A DNA stretch of 42,695 nt, taken from Promethearchaeota archaeon. GTDB taxonomy: Archaea > Asgardarchaeota > Lokiarchaeia > Sigyniarchaeales > SOKP01. Below, piece after piece: positions 28,841 through 38,184 of the stretch (position 1 is its first letter; each line of letters opens with the position of its first letter). The DNA lies in assembly GCA_048938025.1 (NCBI GenBank), contig JBHLMP010000034.1, positions 1-42,695 of the forward strand, read 5' to 3'. Both the position numbers and the translations under genes were made by a program. The notes beneath the pieces are model-generated. The model saw nothing but the letters and a program-made list of their open reading frames with translations. It searched no databases and was not told where the DNA came from.

Positions 28841-31657
28841 TCAATTTCTTGTTCGTGGAATAGAAAAATAAAATGTACTTCCCTTATTTCTTCCCTCTGA
28901 TTCAACCCAAATTTTCCCGCCATGTAATTCTATAATCTTCTTTGATATATATAATCCAAGTCCAGTACCTTCTATCTCTACATCCCATCCTTGTCCATAT
29001 CTTTCAATCTTTCCAAATTGTTTAAATAATTGGCTTTTTTCTTCTTCAGTAAGTCCAATTCCACTATCTTTAACAGAAACTATGTAAAAATTAGCTTCTT
29101 TTTCAGATTTAATAGTTATATTTCCGCCCGGGGGTGTATATTTTATGGCGTTTATTAACAAATTAGATATTACCTCATGAATCCTCTCTTTATCAAACTC
29201 TGTTTCTAGTTTGTCATGCAAAATAAAGGATAATGCTTGTTTTCTTAATTTGGCTAAACCTTGTAGCTCTTTTACTGAATATTTAATTAAAAAATTCAAA
29301 TCTTCTTCAGTAATATTTAATTGTAATTGACCTTGGTCTAACTTTGAGCTTTGCAGTAGTAGGTTAATGATTTTTTCTAATCTTCTACTTCCATCTTTAA
29401 TTTCTTCTAAAACTGTAATAACTTCAGTATCAAATTTAGATTTATGGAATGTTAATAAGAGTTCAGTAAATCCTTTAATTGAAATTAAAGGTGTTTTTAA
29501 TTCATGCGAAGTTCTTGATAATAACTCTGTTTTTAATTTATTAATTTCATTTAACATGATATTTTGTGCCTCTAAGTCTTGTTGTACTTGCCATCGTTTC
29601 TGTTCAATTTCAATAGCATCGGAAATTAAAAATAATACTAATTTATCTTGATTAGTTATTATCGGATTATTTTTATAGAATATACAAACCCCACTATTAA
29701 ATTGATTTTGAGAAGGAATTAATTTTCCATAACATCCTATCAAATTAGTATTTTTAATAAATTGATCAATTTTAGCATAATTTGTTTCATTTATATTAAA
29801 AAAGGTTTGAGGAAAATCATGGCTTTCATGAAATAATTCACTCACAAAAAGTTTTTCAAAAAAATTATCAGGATCGTAATTAAATACTCTTTTATCTGAA
29901 GTAATTATCTGATACTGTTCTTTTTCATTATAAATACTTTTGTGTACGTATAAGATAAGATCCCCATTTAATAATTTATTACAAGTTTTTAATAATAATT
30001 GGATATTCTTTTGGATATTTGTTGTAAAACTTAAGAAATTAATATTTAATTCATAAATTAATTCTTCATACATCTTCTTTTCAGTAACATCTTCTACCCA
30101 TAATCTAAAACTAATTAATTCTCCTTTTTCGTTATAACGATTCACTTTTTTTCCAGAAAGCCATTTTAATTTTCCTTCTTTATGAATTATTCTAAATTCC
30201 AATTCTCTATCTTCAGTTGATTTGAAAAATTTATTTATATCATCCGGATGGATGATATTTACCATCATTTCTTCATTTTTCAATTCATCATACTTATAAC
30301 CAAATATATTCAGTAATCTCGGATTAATATAGGAAATATCTTTATTTACTAAATTAACTTCCATTACTCCTACTGAGGAAGTATATAATAAATCTCTATA
30401 TTTTTCCTCTGATTCTCTTAATTTTTCCTCTGCTTCTTTCTTTTTAGTAATATCCTGAACAATAGCTTGAAAAAAGGTTTTATCTCCGAAATCCAATAAA
30501 GTAATTTGTGTATTAACCCAAGTTGAAGTGCCATCTTTTTTAAAAACTTGAAATTCAGTAGGTTCTACTTTCTCTCCTTTATATATTCGCCTTAGTTTCT
30601 TATTTAGAATTGTATATATTTCTGATGGATGAAGAGGTAAATGTATATAGGATTTTCCTATAAATTCTTCCTTATTATATCCAAATAATTTTTCTGTAGT
30701 AGAATTATAATCAATGATTTCACCGTTTAGATCAAAAAGAATAATAGAATAGGGAGAACTTTCGATTAAATGACGATATTTTTCTTCAGATTCTTTTAAT
30801 TTTTGCTCTGATAATTGCCTTTCAGTTATATCTTCAAGGGTAACTAAAATTCCAGCAACTTTATCTTCTGAATCGAAGAGTGGTATTCTATTGGTATCAA
30901 CCCAAATCAATTCACCATTATCTAGTATCCAAGATTCCACTTTATGAAATTCAGGTTCCCGTGTTTCCATAACAATAGTTTCATGCTTCTTAAGTTGATT
31001 TACTTTATCTTCATTAGAGAAAATTTCAACATCAGTTTTACCTATTATATCTTCAGCTTGTTCAATATTTAGAAGTTTAGCAAAATTTTGATTACACCCT
31101 AAATACACAGAATTAATGTCTTTCCAATAAATATACTGAGGTATATTTTCCATAACCATCTGTAGCATTTCATAAGAGCTCCGTAATGCTTCTTCATATT
31201 TTTTCGGATTGATTAATTTCCAAAAACGAATTTCTGGAATCGTTGTAGTCAGTTTTTGGAATCTTTCCTCGTTCTCATGTAATTTTTCTTCCAAATCTTT
31301 AATCTTAGAAATATTTTTTAAAATTACTAATAATTTTTTTTGATGATTTTCATCGGTAATTTTTTTTGCTTTTATTTCAAACCATATATGTTTGTTGTTT
31401 TTATGCTTAACTCTAATTTCTTGCAAGTGGTCTTCAGATTCAGCTCCTCTCTCTAAAACCTTAATTACTTTCTTTATATCATCAGGATGCAGAATTCTTA
31501 AAATTGATTTTCCAATTAAATCTTTATTTGAATATCCCAGCATATTTTGATAATTATGCTCATTAATGAAATCAAATTTGAACTCATTATCTACTTCCAC
31601 AACACATATTAAATCATTGACGTATTCAAGATAGTTCTTTGGTTTATAATCGCTCAA
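28841..31657 (-). CDS. Cytoplasmic multi-PAS sensor histidine kinase (about 4 PAS domains, a GAF-like region, HisKA and HATPase)
   Basis: PAS repeats (LHPDD, WKD..SVYLGCN, DITER, ESEEKYR). H-box SHELKTPL, N-box NLLINAIKYT, G1 DSGIG, G2 GTGLGL. The ORF-track start (31780) looks over-extended; TTG at 31657 or ATT at 31666 is more plausible. Confidence 0.9.
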   Translation of the reverse strand: MSDYKPKNYLEYVNDLICVVEVDNEFKFDFINEHNYQNMLGYSNKDLIGKSILRILHPDDIKKVIKVLERGAESEDHLQEIRVKHKNNKHIWFEIKAKKITDENHQKKLLVILKNISKIKDLEEKLHENEERFQKLTTTIPEIRFWKLINPKKYEEALRSSYEMLQMVMENIPQYIYWKDINSVYLGCNQNFAKLLNIEQAEDIIGKTDVEIFSNEDKVNQLKKHETIVMETREPEFHKVESWILDNGELIWVDTNRIPLFDSEDKVAGILVTLEDITERQLSEQKLKESEEKYRHLIESSPYSIILFDLNGEIIDYNSTTEKLFGYNKEEFIGKSYIHLPLHPSEIYTILNKKLRRIYKGEKVEPTEFQVFKKDGTSTWVNTQITLLDFGDKTFFQAIVQDITKKKEAEEKLRESEEKYRDLLYTSSVGVMEVNLVNKDISYINPRLLNIFGYKYDELKNEEMMVNIIHPDDINKFFKSTEDRELEFRIIHKEGKLKWLSGKKVNRYNEKGELISFRLWVEDVTEKKMYEELIYELNINFLSFTTNIQKNIQLLLKTCNKLLNGDLILYVHKSIYNEKEQYQIITSDKRVFNYDPDNFFEKLFVSELFHESHDFPQTFFNINETNYAKIDQFIKNTNLIGCYGKLIPSQNQFNSGVCIFYKNNPIITNQDKLVLFLISDAIEIEQKRWQVQQDLEAQNIMLNEINKLKTELLSRTSHELKTPLISIKGFTELLLTFHKSKFDTEVITVLEEIKDGSRRLEKIINLLLQSSKLDQGQLQLNITEEDLNFLIKYSVKELQGLAKLRKQALSFILHDKLETEFDKERIHEVISNLLINAIKYTPPGGNITIKSEKEANFYIVSVKDSGIGLTEEEKSQLFKQFGKIERYGQGWDVEIEGTGLGLYISKKIIELHGGKIWVESEGRNKGSTFYFSIPRTRN

Positions 31658-31798
31658 TGTCTTAATTTTAAACCTAAAAAATAATATGTTCAAAAGTCTA
31701 TTCCTTATTATAAATGTAAAAAAAATTTTTAAATATATATATTCGCTTCTTATACACTTACGTAACAAATAAATATACAAAAGATCTAGTTCGTAATT

Positions 31799-32230
31799 AT
31801 GAAACTAAATAGTGATGATTTTAAAAATAATGAAAGCTTGGGTAAAAAATTTTCATTTAGAGCTGATAATATATCACCGCACTTAAAATGGGAAGATGCA
31901 CCAGGAAATGCTAAGAGTTTTGCTATATCTTGTAATGATCCTGATGCACCTATAGGTGATTGGATTCATTGGTTAATATGTGATATTCCTTTAAATGTAG
32001 AAGAGATTCCTCAAGGAGGACCTATTCCTGGAATTGAAATTGAAAATGATTATAGACAAAAAGGCTATGGTGGTCCCGCTCCACCTTCAGGTACTCATCG
32101 ATATTTCTTTAGGGTCTATGCGCTTGACATTGAGAAATTAGAGGGAGTTACTAAAGGAAATTTTATGGATAAAGTTAAAGAACATACAATTGAATCGGCA
32201 GAAATTATTGGATTATATAAATCTAAATGA
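31799..32230 (+). CDS. YbhB/YbcL (PEBP/RKIP-like) protein
   Basis: Motifs NISPHLKW, DPDAP, WIHW and YGGPAPPSGTHRYFFRVYALD. Confidence 0.92.
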   Translation: MKLNSDDFKNNESLGKKFSFRADNISPHLKWEDAPGNAKSFAISCNDPDAPIGDWIHWLICDIPLNVEEIPQGGPIPGIEIENDYRQKGYGGPAPPSGTHRYFFRVYALDIEKLEGVTKGNFMDKVKEHTIESAEIIGLYKSK

Positions 32231-32251
32231 ATTAATAAATCCTGTTCAGAT

Positions 32252-33415
32252 TCAATATTTTCTTAATTGGTTAACGGCTTTTGTTATATCTTCGAGGTTA
32301 TTATAATAATTAAATGCAAATCTTAAAAGTGTGTTTCTAAACAAATTTGGATATTTTTTTAAAGTCACATAAATATTATTTCTTATTAAATGTTCATAAA
32401 TTTCTTTTGCTTTCTCATGTTCCAGAGTTATAATTCCAGATCTGAATTCAATTTCAAGAGGGGTAATTATTCTATAGCTTAAATTTTTTATTTCATCTAA
32501 AAATTTGGATGTTAATAATATTATTCTCTCTTGTATTTTTTTAACCCCATTTTGAATATTCCCATTTCCTATTTTATTTTTAATTAAGTCTAATCCCCCT
32601 TTTAATGATAGTAGTGCAGCAAAATTGGGACATCCTCCAAAAGCATCCATATATCGTGTTTTATTTAGAATTCTCATATTTTCATTATCGAGTGAATATG
32701 GATCCTCAACACTCAACCAACTTGAAAAAGGGATCCCTTTTTCTTTAATCAGTTTTTCGTTTATATATAAAATTCCTGCTCCATAACCACATGCTGCCCA
32801 TTTTACAGCATTACTAACAATTATATCAATATTTTGTTTTATAACATCAATTTCAAAAGAAAAAAAAGATTGCGTAGCATTAATTATATTAATAAGTCTA
32901 TGTTCCTTACAAAAATCTCCTAATTCATTAAGATTTTGTTTAAAACCGGTAAGAGATTGAACATGACTATGAATAATATATTTAGTATTTTTAGTAGTCA
33001 TCTTTTTAATATCTTCTATTAAATATTTATTATCCCATGAAGGGATTCTTTTACAATTAAAGCCTAATCGTCTAAAGATATGAATTGAAGCAGGAAATTC
33101 AATAGAGGGATATAAAATCTCGCCTTTTTCTAATAAACGCGCAATAACATTCATACCAGAAGATGTGTTGGTTAAAAATGCTATTTCTTCGGGTTTAGCA
33201 TTAATATAATAGGCAATATTCTCTCTTGCTAAATCAATCTCATCCATAAAATCATCAAAATGAATATCTCCATAACTTAACATGTCATTAAAATAAGCAA
33301 TTCCCTTCTCATAAGCACTTTTACTTATTGGAGATGCTGAAGCAGCCATTATATATACTAAATTTTTAAGTGCTGGAAACTGATCATTACGAATTTCTTC
33401 CCAATCAATAGACAT
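32252..33415 (-). CDS. Aminotransferase class V, PLP-dependent (cysteine desulfurase/kynureninase/isopenicillin epimerase-like)
   Basis: Motifs QFPAL, EEIAFLTNTSSG, EFPAS, NATQS, SNAVKW (PLP Lys), RSGII and LRFAFNYYNN. Confidence 0.85.
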   Translation of the reverse strand: MSIDWEEIRNDQFPALKNLVYIMAASASPISKSAYEKGIAYFNDMLSYGDIHFDDFMDEIDLARENIAYYINAKPEEIAFLTNTSSGMNVIARLLEKGEILYPSIEFPASIHIFRRLGFNCKRIPSWDNKYLIEDIKKMTTKNTKYIIHSHVQSLTGFKQNLNELGDFCKEHRLINIINATQSFFSFEIDVIKQNIDIIVSNAVKWAACGYGAGILYINEKLIKEKGIPFSSWLSVEDPYSLDNENMRILNKTRYMDAFGGCPNFAALLSLKGGLDLIKNKIGNGNIQNGVKKIQERIILLTSKFLDEIKNLSYRIITPLEIEFRSGIITLEHEKAKEIYEHLIRNNIYVTLKKYPNLFRNTLLRFAFNYYNNLEDITKAVNQLRKY

Positions 33416-33581
33416 ATTATTTCATAATTAAGGTTTATTTATTAAATAAATGATCTGGTTTAGTATATGATAGAATTCAATTTAATCTTGTAGAGATTTA
33501 TGATTTATAACCATTAAATATTTGAAATCAATAAGATTAATTCATTATATCTCAAAATTAATCAAAAAAAAAGTGAAATAG

Positions 33582-33728
33582 ATGGGAGTGGAAGATTTTT
33601 TACAATGTTTAAGTTGCGGTAAAAAATTAGAAAGAAAGTCAAAAGATTTTGAAGATGTTGAAAATCTTGTATTTATTATTTGCGATACAGGGGAAAGATA
33701 TTTATCAACTGAATTATATCAATTCTAA
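33582..33728 (+). pseudogene. 48-aa chimeric ORF ending in a cysteine-synthase-like C-terminus; probable deletion remnant
   Basis: Translates as MGVEDFLQCLSCGKKLERKSKDFEDVENLVFIICDTGERYLSTELYQF*. DTGERYLST is the hallmark CysK/CysM C-terminal motif. Confidence 0.6.
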
Positions 33729-33733
33729 TTTTG

Positions 33734-34642
33734 TTATGGATTTGAAATTTGTGGAGTAGTTAAAATCTCAAGAATCTTATCCCAATATAGTTCTATATTC
33801 CAATTTATATTACTCTTTAAATTTTCAGAAATTTCTTTAAATATCTCTTTAATTCTTAAGGATTCAAAATAATTTATCTCTGGAGCAATTAAGGATAGCA
33901 TATACTGTCTTTCGCCATACCTCTCACCTTCTTTTTTAAAAGAATCAAAAAAGACAAACCCTTTATTTTTAATATTTTCAATATTAAGCAAAATTCCTTG
34001 TTCTTTAGTTATATTTTCATGTCCATAAATCGAAGTGGCAGCATGAAATAATTGATTTCCTAAAGTCTTAATTGGTATCGAAAAATCTTTTTCTCTTGGA
34101 TAAAAATCCTTTAGTACAGGCCCAATTTTATCATCCCACTCGACTAATAATAAACAGACTAATTTTTTTTGTTCTTCAGAAATAGATGGTTTGAAATCTA
34201 TTGAGAAAGAATCAAGCAACTCTTTAATTTTTTTATTGATATTCTTTATGTCTTTATTTCTTAAAATTTTTCCAGAAATAGTAGCTAGTAAATCATCTTC
34301 ATTAAAAGGTTTTGTAATATAATCATCTACACCCAACATCTTACCTAATCTAATATCTTCTGGAGTAGATTTTGCTGTTAAAAAAAGAAATGGTATGTTA
34401 TTCCATTTTAAATTATGGGATACATGCTCGAAAAAATCATATCCATTTATTCCTGGCATCATTATATCACTAATAATTAACTCAGGAAGTATATCTAAAT
34501 TTGAGAGAATTTGAATTGCTTGTTTTCCACTAATTGCTGTAATTACTCTATAATCTTTAGATTCTAAGAATAATTTTATATTGTATAATATATCTTGGTT
34601 ATCATCAACTAATAAAATAAGGGGTTTCACAAATGAATTCAA
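33734..34642 (-). CDS. Response regulator receiver fused to a longin/uDENN-like domain
   Basis: Receiver motifs LLVDD, ISDIMMPG (D59), FLTAK and YITKPF. C-terminal motifs LLLVEWDDKIGPVLKDFYP and FFDS...ERYGERQYMLSLIA. Confidence 0.85.
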   Translation of the reverse strand: MNSFVKPLILLVDDNQDILYNIKLFLESKDYRVITAISGKQAIQILSNLDILPELIISDIMMPGINGYDFFEHVSHNLKWNNIPFLFLTAKSTPEDIRLGKMLGVDDYITKPFNEDDLLATISGKILRNKDIKNINKKIKELLDSFSIDFKPSISEEQKKLVCLLLVEWDDKIGPVLKDFYPREKDFSIPIKTLGNQLFHAATSIYGHENITKEQGILLNIENIKNKGFVFFDSFKKEGERYGERQYMLSLIAPEINYFESLRIKEIFKEISENLKSNINWNIELYWDKILEILTTPQISNP

Positions 34643-34707
34643 TTGAATACCCTTAAAAAATTATCTTTTACTGTTGATTAATATCAATTGAGTTTATATA
34701 AAAATTT

Positions 34708-37035
34708 TTATTTTTCAGAATGATTTAAACGTGGAAGAAATATGTAAAAAGTAGATCCTTCATTTAATTTACTCTCAACAAATACTTCACCTTTATGAAG
34801 TTGAATTAATTCCTCTGCTATAGATAATCCTAAACCTGATCCCGGGATTTCACTAACATTTTTTGACCTATAAAATCTTTCAAATATGTGAGGTAGCTCA
34901 TCTTCAGAAATTCCTATACCGGTATCTTTAAATTGGAAGAGAACTCCATTATTTCCATTTAAATTATATTTTCCTTTATAATCATCAAATGCATTAATCT
35001 CAATTGTAGAATTCTCTTTTGAATACTTTATAGCATTATCAATAAAAATACGAAATATTTGATCAATTCGTTTCGAGTCTCCTTTTAACGTAAGATTTTT
35101 GTGAATATCAATCTTAAAGTTTAAATTTTTCTTTTTACCAATCGGTTCCATAAGTGTTAATATATTATTAATTATTTCTAATGGATGATATTCAATCCAA
35201 TCAATATCTACTCTCTTCTCATCGATTCTCGAAATCATTAAAATATTATCCGCTAATTTATGAAGTAATTTAACATTTCTATCAATTCCATCCATAAGTT
35301 TTACTTCTACTTCAGGTTGAATATCTTTCTTATAATTTTTTAAATAATCCATTGACATTAATAAAACGGTAATTGGGGTCCTTAATTCATGAGAAACTGT
35401 TGATATTAATCGTTTTAATCTATTTTCAGCTTTCTTTTTCTCGGTAATATCTCGAGCGATTGTGGATGCTCCAATAATTATATTATTTCTATCTTTTATC
35501 GGTGAAATTGTAAGAGAGACATTAACTTTTGATCCATCTTTCCTTATTCTTTCAGTTTCAAAACCTTCAAGTTTTTCTCCACTTTTAATTCTTGTTAATA
35601 TTTCAAGGATCTCACTTTCTTGGCTAGGAGGTGAAAGAAGCTCGATTGATTTTCCCAATACTTCTTCAGCAGAATAATAATAAATTTTCTCAGCAGCCTT
35701 ATTCCAGCTGGTAATTATCCCATCTAATGTTTTACTTATTATAGCATCCTCGGATGATTCTACAATAGAGGCTAACCTCGTTTTTAATTCTGCTGCTTTC
35801 TTTTGCTCTGTAATATCTCGACAAATAGATTGAAAGTATGTTTCTCCACTCAATTTTATAACTTTTGCTGTAACATAGATGTCTTTAATTTCACCATATT
35901 TTGTTAGAAATTTAGTTTCAAAATCATCTCTTCCTTCTCCTAATATTTTATTAACATGGATTTCTGTATCTTTAGGATTTTCATTTGCATCATAATCTGG
36001 AATTGTTAAATTAGCAAATTCTTTTCTCGTATAGCCTAAAATATTACATATCTCATCATTAAATTCGACAGCTTTAAGAGTTTTAGGATCCAGTATTATA
36101 ATACCATCGGGAGATTGTTCGAAAGTAGTACGATATCTTAATTCTGCTTCCTTAAGCAGAAAATTGGCTTTTTCAAGGTCGCTTGCTTTAGCAATTAAAT
36201 TTTTTTCGCTTAACTTTAACTTTCTAAATAAAAAATTAATAGGATTTTCTAAACCAATATTTATAATCGCTTTATACAAAAAGAAAAAAGAAATTATTTT
36301 AAAAATATGCCCAATTAGATTTGGAATTCCATAAGCATGTGCATAAAGTGTAAAAGATAATTCCGCAACTATAGTCGCTATAATTGAGTAAAATAAAGTT
36401 ATGTAAATTTTTCTTTCAAATAAAAATCGTTGTTTATAAATTATGAAAATAGTAATAAAAAGTAAAAAATCAATTATGTATTCACTGATTATTTTAAAAG
36501 GTGTTAAACCAGTTCCTTCAATAAAGCAGTCAGGAAAAAATTTTAAAAAAACTAATACTAATAAAATAAATGTAGTTATCGTGTAAAATATGATCAGATA
36601 GTTGATTTTAATTTTTTTATTTATCATTAAGGAAGCAAAAAGAAAAGATCCTGCCTGCACATAACGTGCTGTTATCCAGAGTTGTGTAGGTAAGTTAGTG
36701 TCATATCCCGTAAAAATATTCATTCCAGTATACGCTAAAGAATGAACAAAATCCAAAAAACCAACATATAAGAAAGATACGCCAATTACCAGAAAAAATG
36801 AATTATCAATACGTTTTCGAGAATTCCAACAAATAATGAAAATGCCTCCTCCAATAACAATACTGAAGAGTTCAGCAATTGTATGGAAAAGAAGATAATT
36901 ATAAAATATAGTTAAGTAGGTCAAAAATAATATTAGCAGAAAAACATAAACTTCTACATGATAATTTTTTTTTTCAGGATTTTTTCGGGTAATTGTAGTA
37001 TCTGAATAGAGATTATTAATTTGTTTATCAACCAT
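34708..37035 (-). CDS. Membrane sensor histidine kinase (MASE3, two PAS domains, HisKA and HATPase)
   Basis: MASE3-type motifs NYLLFHTIAELFS, DFVHSLAY.GM, TQLWITAR and NLIGHIFK. PAS motifs FEQSPDG and IVESSEDAI. H-box SHELRTP, N-box DNAIKYS, DTGIG and GSGLGL. Confidence 0.92.
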   Translation of the reverse strand: MVDKQINNLYSDTTITRKNPEKKNYHVEVYVFLLILFLTYLTIFYNYLLFHTIAELFSIVIGGGIFIICWNSRKRIDNSFFLVIGVSFLYVGFLDFVHSLAYTGMNIFTGYDTNLPTQLWITARYVQAGSFLFASLMINKKIKINYLIIFYTITTFILLVLVFLKFFPDCFIEGTGLTPFKIISEYIIDFLLFITIFIIYKQRFLFERKIYITLFYSIIATIVAELSFTLYAHAYGIPNLIGHIFKIISFFFLYKAIINIGLENPINFLFRKLKLSEKNLIAKASDLEKANFLLKEAELRYRTTFEQSPDGIIILDPKTLKAVEFNDEICNILGYTRKEFANLTIPDYDANENPKDTEIHVNKILGEGRDDFETKFLTKYGEIKDIYVTAKVIKLSGETYFQSICRDITEQKKAAELKTRLASIVESSEDAIISKTLDGIITSWNKAAEKIYYYSAEEVLGKSIELLSPPSQESEILEILTRIKSGEKLEGFETERIRKDGSKVNVSLTISPIKDRNNIIIGASTIARDITEKKKAENRLKRLISTVSHELRTPITVLLMSMDYLKNYKKDIQPEVEVKLMDGIDRNVKLLHKLADNILMISRIDEKRVDIDWIEYHPLEIINNILTLMEPIGKKKNLNFKIDIHKNLTLKGDSKRIDQIFRIFIDNAIKYSKENSTIEINAFDDYKGKYNLNGNNGVLFQFKDTGIGISEDELPHIFERFYRSKNVSEIPGSGLGLSIAEELIQLHKGEVFVESKLNEGSTFYIFLPRLNHSEK

Positions 37036-37072
37036 TGAATTACCTTAATTCTCTTAACTTTTTAAATTATTT

Positions 37073-37627
37073 TTAAAATAAGCGTGATTTTTCAAAAATA
37101 GTATATATTGAAGTTTTATGGATTGAGTAATTAAAGTCTGGGGGTATCTTCTCATTTATTAAATCAATTATTTCTTTTATAGTATTCTCATTAACGTTTT
37201 TATTATATTGTTCTAAATCTGGGTCGAATTTGTGTAAAAAAATTGAAAAATCTACATTTTTGTCATATTTTTGTAAGTGTTTAATTACTTCTTCCATATA
37301 ATTTAAGGCTATATTATAGCGTTCAATATCTTGAATATCAATTACATAAATTATTTTTCTAGTTCCTGAAACATATTGATTAAAGTTTTCTAAATACTCT
37401 TTTCGGAAAGCTTCTTGTCCTCCAAAATCCCAAATATTGTAGTTTGAGTCTGAAATCTTAAAATTTACGACATCTGCTCCTTTTGTCGGTCTTATAGAAT
37501 AAAAAGATAAAAGGTTTTTAATACCTCTTAAACACAATAATATTGAAGTCTTTCCACCATTATCTAAACCCATAATTAATATTTTCTTAGCACTTTGGCC
37601 TTCAAGATCTTTACTTTTTTTAACCAT
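37073..37627 (-). CDS. Small GTPase, Rag/Gtr-Arf-like
   Basis: G1 MGLDNGGKTS, G2 RPTKG, G3 WDFGGQ, G4 LHKFD and G5 KTSIY. HKxD and TSI[YW] are Rag-type signatures. Confidence 0.9.
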   Translation of the reverse strand: MVKKSKDLEGQSAKKILIMGLDNGGKTSILLCLRGIKNLLSFYSIRPTKGADVVNFKISDSNYNIWDFGGQEAFRKEYLENFNQYVSGTRKIIYVIDIQDIERYNIALNYMEEVIKHLQKYDKNVDFSIFLHKFDPDLEQYNKNVNENTIKEIIDLINEKIPPDFNYSIHKTSIYTIFEKSRLF

Positions 37628-37680
37628 GCTTTATTTTTATAACAATATTTAATTCTATATTCATTTAAATTTTCATAGTC

Positions 37681-38016
37681 TTATGATAAAGTATCTATTA
37701 CATCTAAATCTCTTAATTCTTTCAGCTTTTCTTTATTAATTTCATTCGCAAAATCACTAATGGAGGAAATCAACGGAAAAATATCTAGATTTTTAATTTT
37801 ATAATAGTTAATATTACTCTTTTTCTCAGAGATAATGAGATTGTTGTTTATTAATAATTTAAGATGTTGAGAAATAGTTGATTGTGATTTCTTTAAGGCT
37901 TTTTGTATTTTTAAGGATGTTTTATCACTACTTCTTAATAATTCTAAGATTTCTAAGCGGGTTGGATCTGCTAAAATTTTCAAAAAGTCAACCAAGTATT
38001 TTTTTAATTCACTCAT
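37681..38016 (-). CDS. ArsR/SmtB-family transcriptional regulator
   Basis: Motifs LADPTRLEILELL and SQSTISQHLKLL. Confidence 0.9.
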   Translation of the reverse strand: MSELKKYLVDFLKILADPTRLEILELLRSSDKTSLKIQKALKKSQSTISQHLKLLINNNLIISEKKSNINYYKIKNLDIFPLISSISDFANEINKEKLKELRDLDVIDTLS

Positions 38017-38184
38017 TACTTAAAAACATCTTTATATAAGATTTAATTTGAACTTCTTTATTTTTAAAAATATTTCTAATTTTTTATTAATATTTATATA
38101 AAAATATAAAGTCATGCAAATATTTAAATATCGCCATATCGTTATATAACAATAATAATAAAAAATAAAAAATTGAAAAAAAAA

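Noticed and set aside
31658-31780. N-terminal extension of the PAS kinase in the ORF track (similarly 38958-39068 for the aminopeptidase)
   Set aside because: The extension translates AT-rich promoter DNA, would leave almost no room for the divergent promoter, and precedes the recognisable domain start.
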